From Thermoanaerobaculia bacterium (GTDB lineage Bacteria; Acidobacteriota; Thermoanaerobaculia; UBA5066), in NCBI GenBank assembly GCA_963746875.1, contig CAVVDA010000006.1, positions 312,091 through 376,090 on the forward strand: 64,000 bases of DNA, written 5' to 3'. Of the stretch, positions 62,243-64,000 are shown one piece after another; the first letter of the stretch is position 1, and every line of letters starts with the position of its first letter. A model generated the notes under the pieces. That model had not been told where the DNA came from and did not search any database. It saw only the letters and a program-made list of their open reading frames with translations. The translations under genes and the position numbers were made by a program.

Positions 62243-63218
62243 GGAACTTCGCCACCTCCGTTACTTCGTCGCGGTCGCGGACGCGAAGAGCTTCACGGTC
62301 GCGGCGGAGGGCTTGCACGTGGCGCAGCCTGCCCTGTCTCAACAGATTCGCGCGCTCGAGAAAGAGCTCGGCGTCACGCTGATCGACCGCGGCGCGCGCA
62401 CGCGAGGCCTCACCGAGGCCGGGGCTGGTTTCGCCGTCCACGCCCGCAGCATCCTGCGCGAGGCCCAGGACGCCGCTGACGAGATGGCGTCCTTCGCGGG
62501 CGCTCGCCGGGGCAGCGTGCGCTTTGGATCGGCGCTGCAGTCCCTGACGGAAGGCCGCCTGGCTCCGGTCCTCGCGAGCTTCCACGAGCTCCATCCGGGG
62601 TTGCGCCTGGTCTTTCGGGAAGCACACACGCGGCCGCTGCTCGAGCTCCTCGCCCACGGCGAGCTCGACCTGGCCCTCGTTCACCTCGGCAAGGGCGAGG
62701 GGGCGCCTGCGCCGGGCCCCGGCTTCGACGGTCCGCCCCTCGAGATCGAGAGGCTCTTCGAGGAACCGCTGGTGCTCGCGGTCGGCCCCCGCCACCGGCT
62801 GGCCCGTCGTCGCGAGGTTCGCTGGAAGGAGCTCGCCGAAGAGGAGTTCATCTCGTACGGCCCCGGCGCCACGCTGCGCGACCTGGTCGAGTCGAAGGTG
62901 CGGCAAGCGGGCATTCAGATGCGCGCGCCCGTGTCCGCCGAAAACCTGGGGACGGTGCGAGCGCTCGTGTCGGCCGGCCTCGGCGTCGCCGTTCTGCCAC
63001 GGGTCGTGCTGACCCTCCCCGGCCCCCCGCTGCATGGAGTCCGGCTCGTGGCGCCCGCCCTCGCCCGCGTCGTGTCGTTGGCGCGCAACACCGTCCGCTA
63101 CGAAAATCCCGCGGCGGGTCTCTTCAGGAACTTCCTGCGAGAGCGGCTCCGCCTGCGCCCGGCGCCGGGATCACCGCGAGCGCGCTGGCATCGCCGGGTT
63201 GATCCTCAGTCCTGGTAA
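62241..63218 (+). CDS. LysR-family transcriptional regulator
   Basis: MELRHLRYFVAVA..SFT.AA..LHVAQPALSQQIRALE and LVSAGLGVAVLP. Confidence 0.95.
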   Translation: MELRHLRYFVAVADAKSFTVAAEGLHVAQPALSQQIRALEKELGVTLIDRGARTRGLTEAGAGFAVHARSILREAQDAADEMASFAGARRGSVRFGSALQSLTEGRLAPVLASFHELHPGLRLVFREAHTRPLLELLAHGELDLALVHLGKGEGAPAPGPGFDGPPLEIERLFEEPLVLAVGPRHRLARRREVRWKELAEEEFISYGPGATLRDLVESKVRQAGIQMRAPVSAENLGTVRALVSAGLGVAVLPRVVLTLPGPPLHGVRLVAPALARVVSLARNTVRYENPAAGLFRNFLRERLRLRPAPGSPRARWHRRVDPQSW

Positions 63219-64000
63219 TACGCCCGCGCGACCACCTCCCCTTTTCGCCCGGCGAGCCGGACGGAGAGAGGATGGAGTTCCGCGCGGGCCCTCGGGCTTC
63301 ACGAAGACGAGCACGTAGCGGCCGCCGAGGCTCCGTACGACGCGGGAGAGAGCGCCGCCCGTGAAGAGGTGCGTCTTCTCGTACCGGCCGCCGGTCAGGT
63401 CCGCCACCTGCATGAGGCGCAACTCCAGCGTGTGGTAGTCCGCGTCCGAGATGTCGAGAGTGAAGACGTTCACGCGGGCCTCGTAGAGCGCCCCGATCGC
63501 CTCGCCCGCTTCGCGTCCCTCCCTCGGTGTGCCGTCCACCTGGAGCCCCCAGCCGAAAAAGAGCATCGCCTTGCCGCCGGGGATCTTCGAGAGGGCGCTG
63601 GCCACGAGGGCGAGGCCCTTGTCGACCGAGGCCGCTTTCTTCGCGGCGGCGAAGTCGAGGTACCGGGCGAGCGACGGGAAAGGCCCGGGCGGAAGAGGAG
63701 GAGGCTCGTCGAACCGGAACGACTCGAAGAAGGCCGCGCGGATCTCCTTCGGGTCGGCGGTGAAGTCGCGCCTCAGCTTCAGGTGGGAATCGTACGAGAC
63801 GACCGCGACCCGGTCGGTCGGCACGAGCGTCGAAAGGAAGCGGTCCAGGTGCTGCCCCATCTTCATCAGGCCCTTCTGCCTCTGACGCCCGAAGTCCTCC
63901 TGCACGAACACGACGATCACCCGTCCGGGCGGCCAGGCGAGCGTGGCGGGGCCTTCCTCCGCTCCGGCCGATTCTCCGGGCGCGAGCGGCACGACCTCGG
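63206..64000 (-). CDS. Acidobacterial-type VWA-domain protein, cut by the window edge
   Basis: DRVAVVSYDSHLKLRRDFTAD, IPGGKAMLFFG, VADLTGG and YVLVF. Confidence 0.7.

Overview
High-GC (roughly 70% by eye), gene-dense bacterial window. The gene content (VWA protein, TPR-linked Ser/Thr kinases, kinase-coupled ECF sigma factor) suggests Acidobacteriota or a similar lineage; this is an inference. About half the genes are split by single-base indels, including housekeeping genes, which points to uncorrected long-read errors rather than pseudogenes. Gene extents below were therefore stitched by hand across frames and are approximate. Recognisable content: FKBP PPIase, hydrolase/AMMECR1, an archaeal-type GAPDH-like dehydrogenase, two GT-C membrane glycosyltransferases, NYN/NUDIX/transglutaminase, YgfZ, a PTPS-surE-pcm-acyP-EAL operon, a urate/allantoin catabolism cluster with an allantoicase-OHCU decarboxylase fusion, a B12 radical SAM enzyme divergent from a sugar ABC transporter, an ECF/Ser-Thr kinase pair facing a di-heme protein, and an RND pump. 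The best candidate for an undescribed system is at about 6.3-15.7 kb. There a translationally coupled operon (exported protein, stand-alone H-box protein, atypical REC-sigma54 activator, periplasmic-TPR histidine kinase, atypical stand-alone REC) is transcribed divergently from an SPFH protein and a paralogue of the exported protein. The spacer holds two outward-facing sigma54-like elements around an AT-rich palindrome. No rRNA, tRNA, CRISPR array or intact mobile element was seen.
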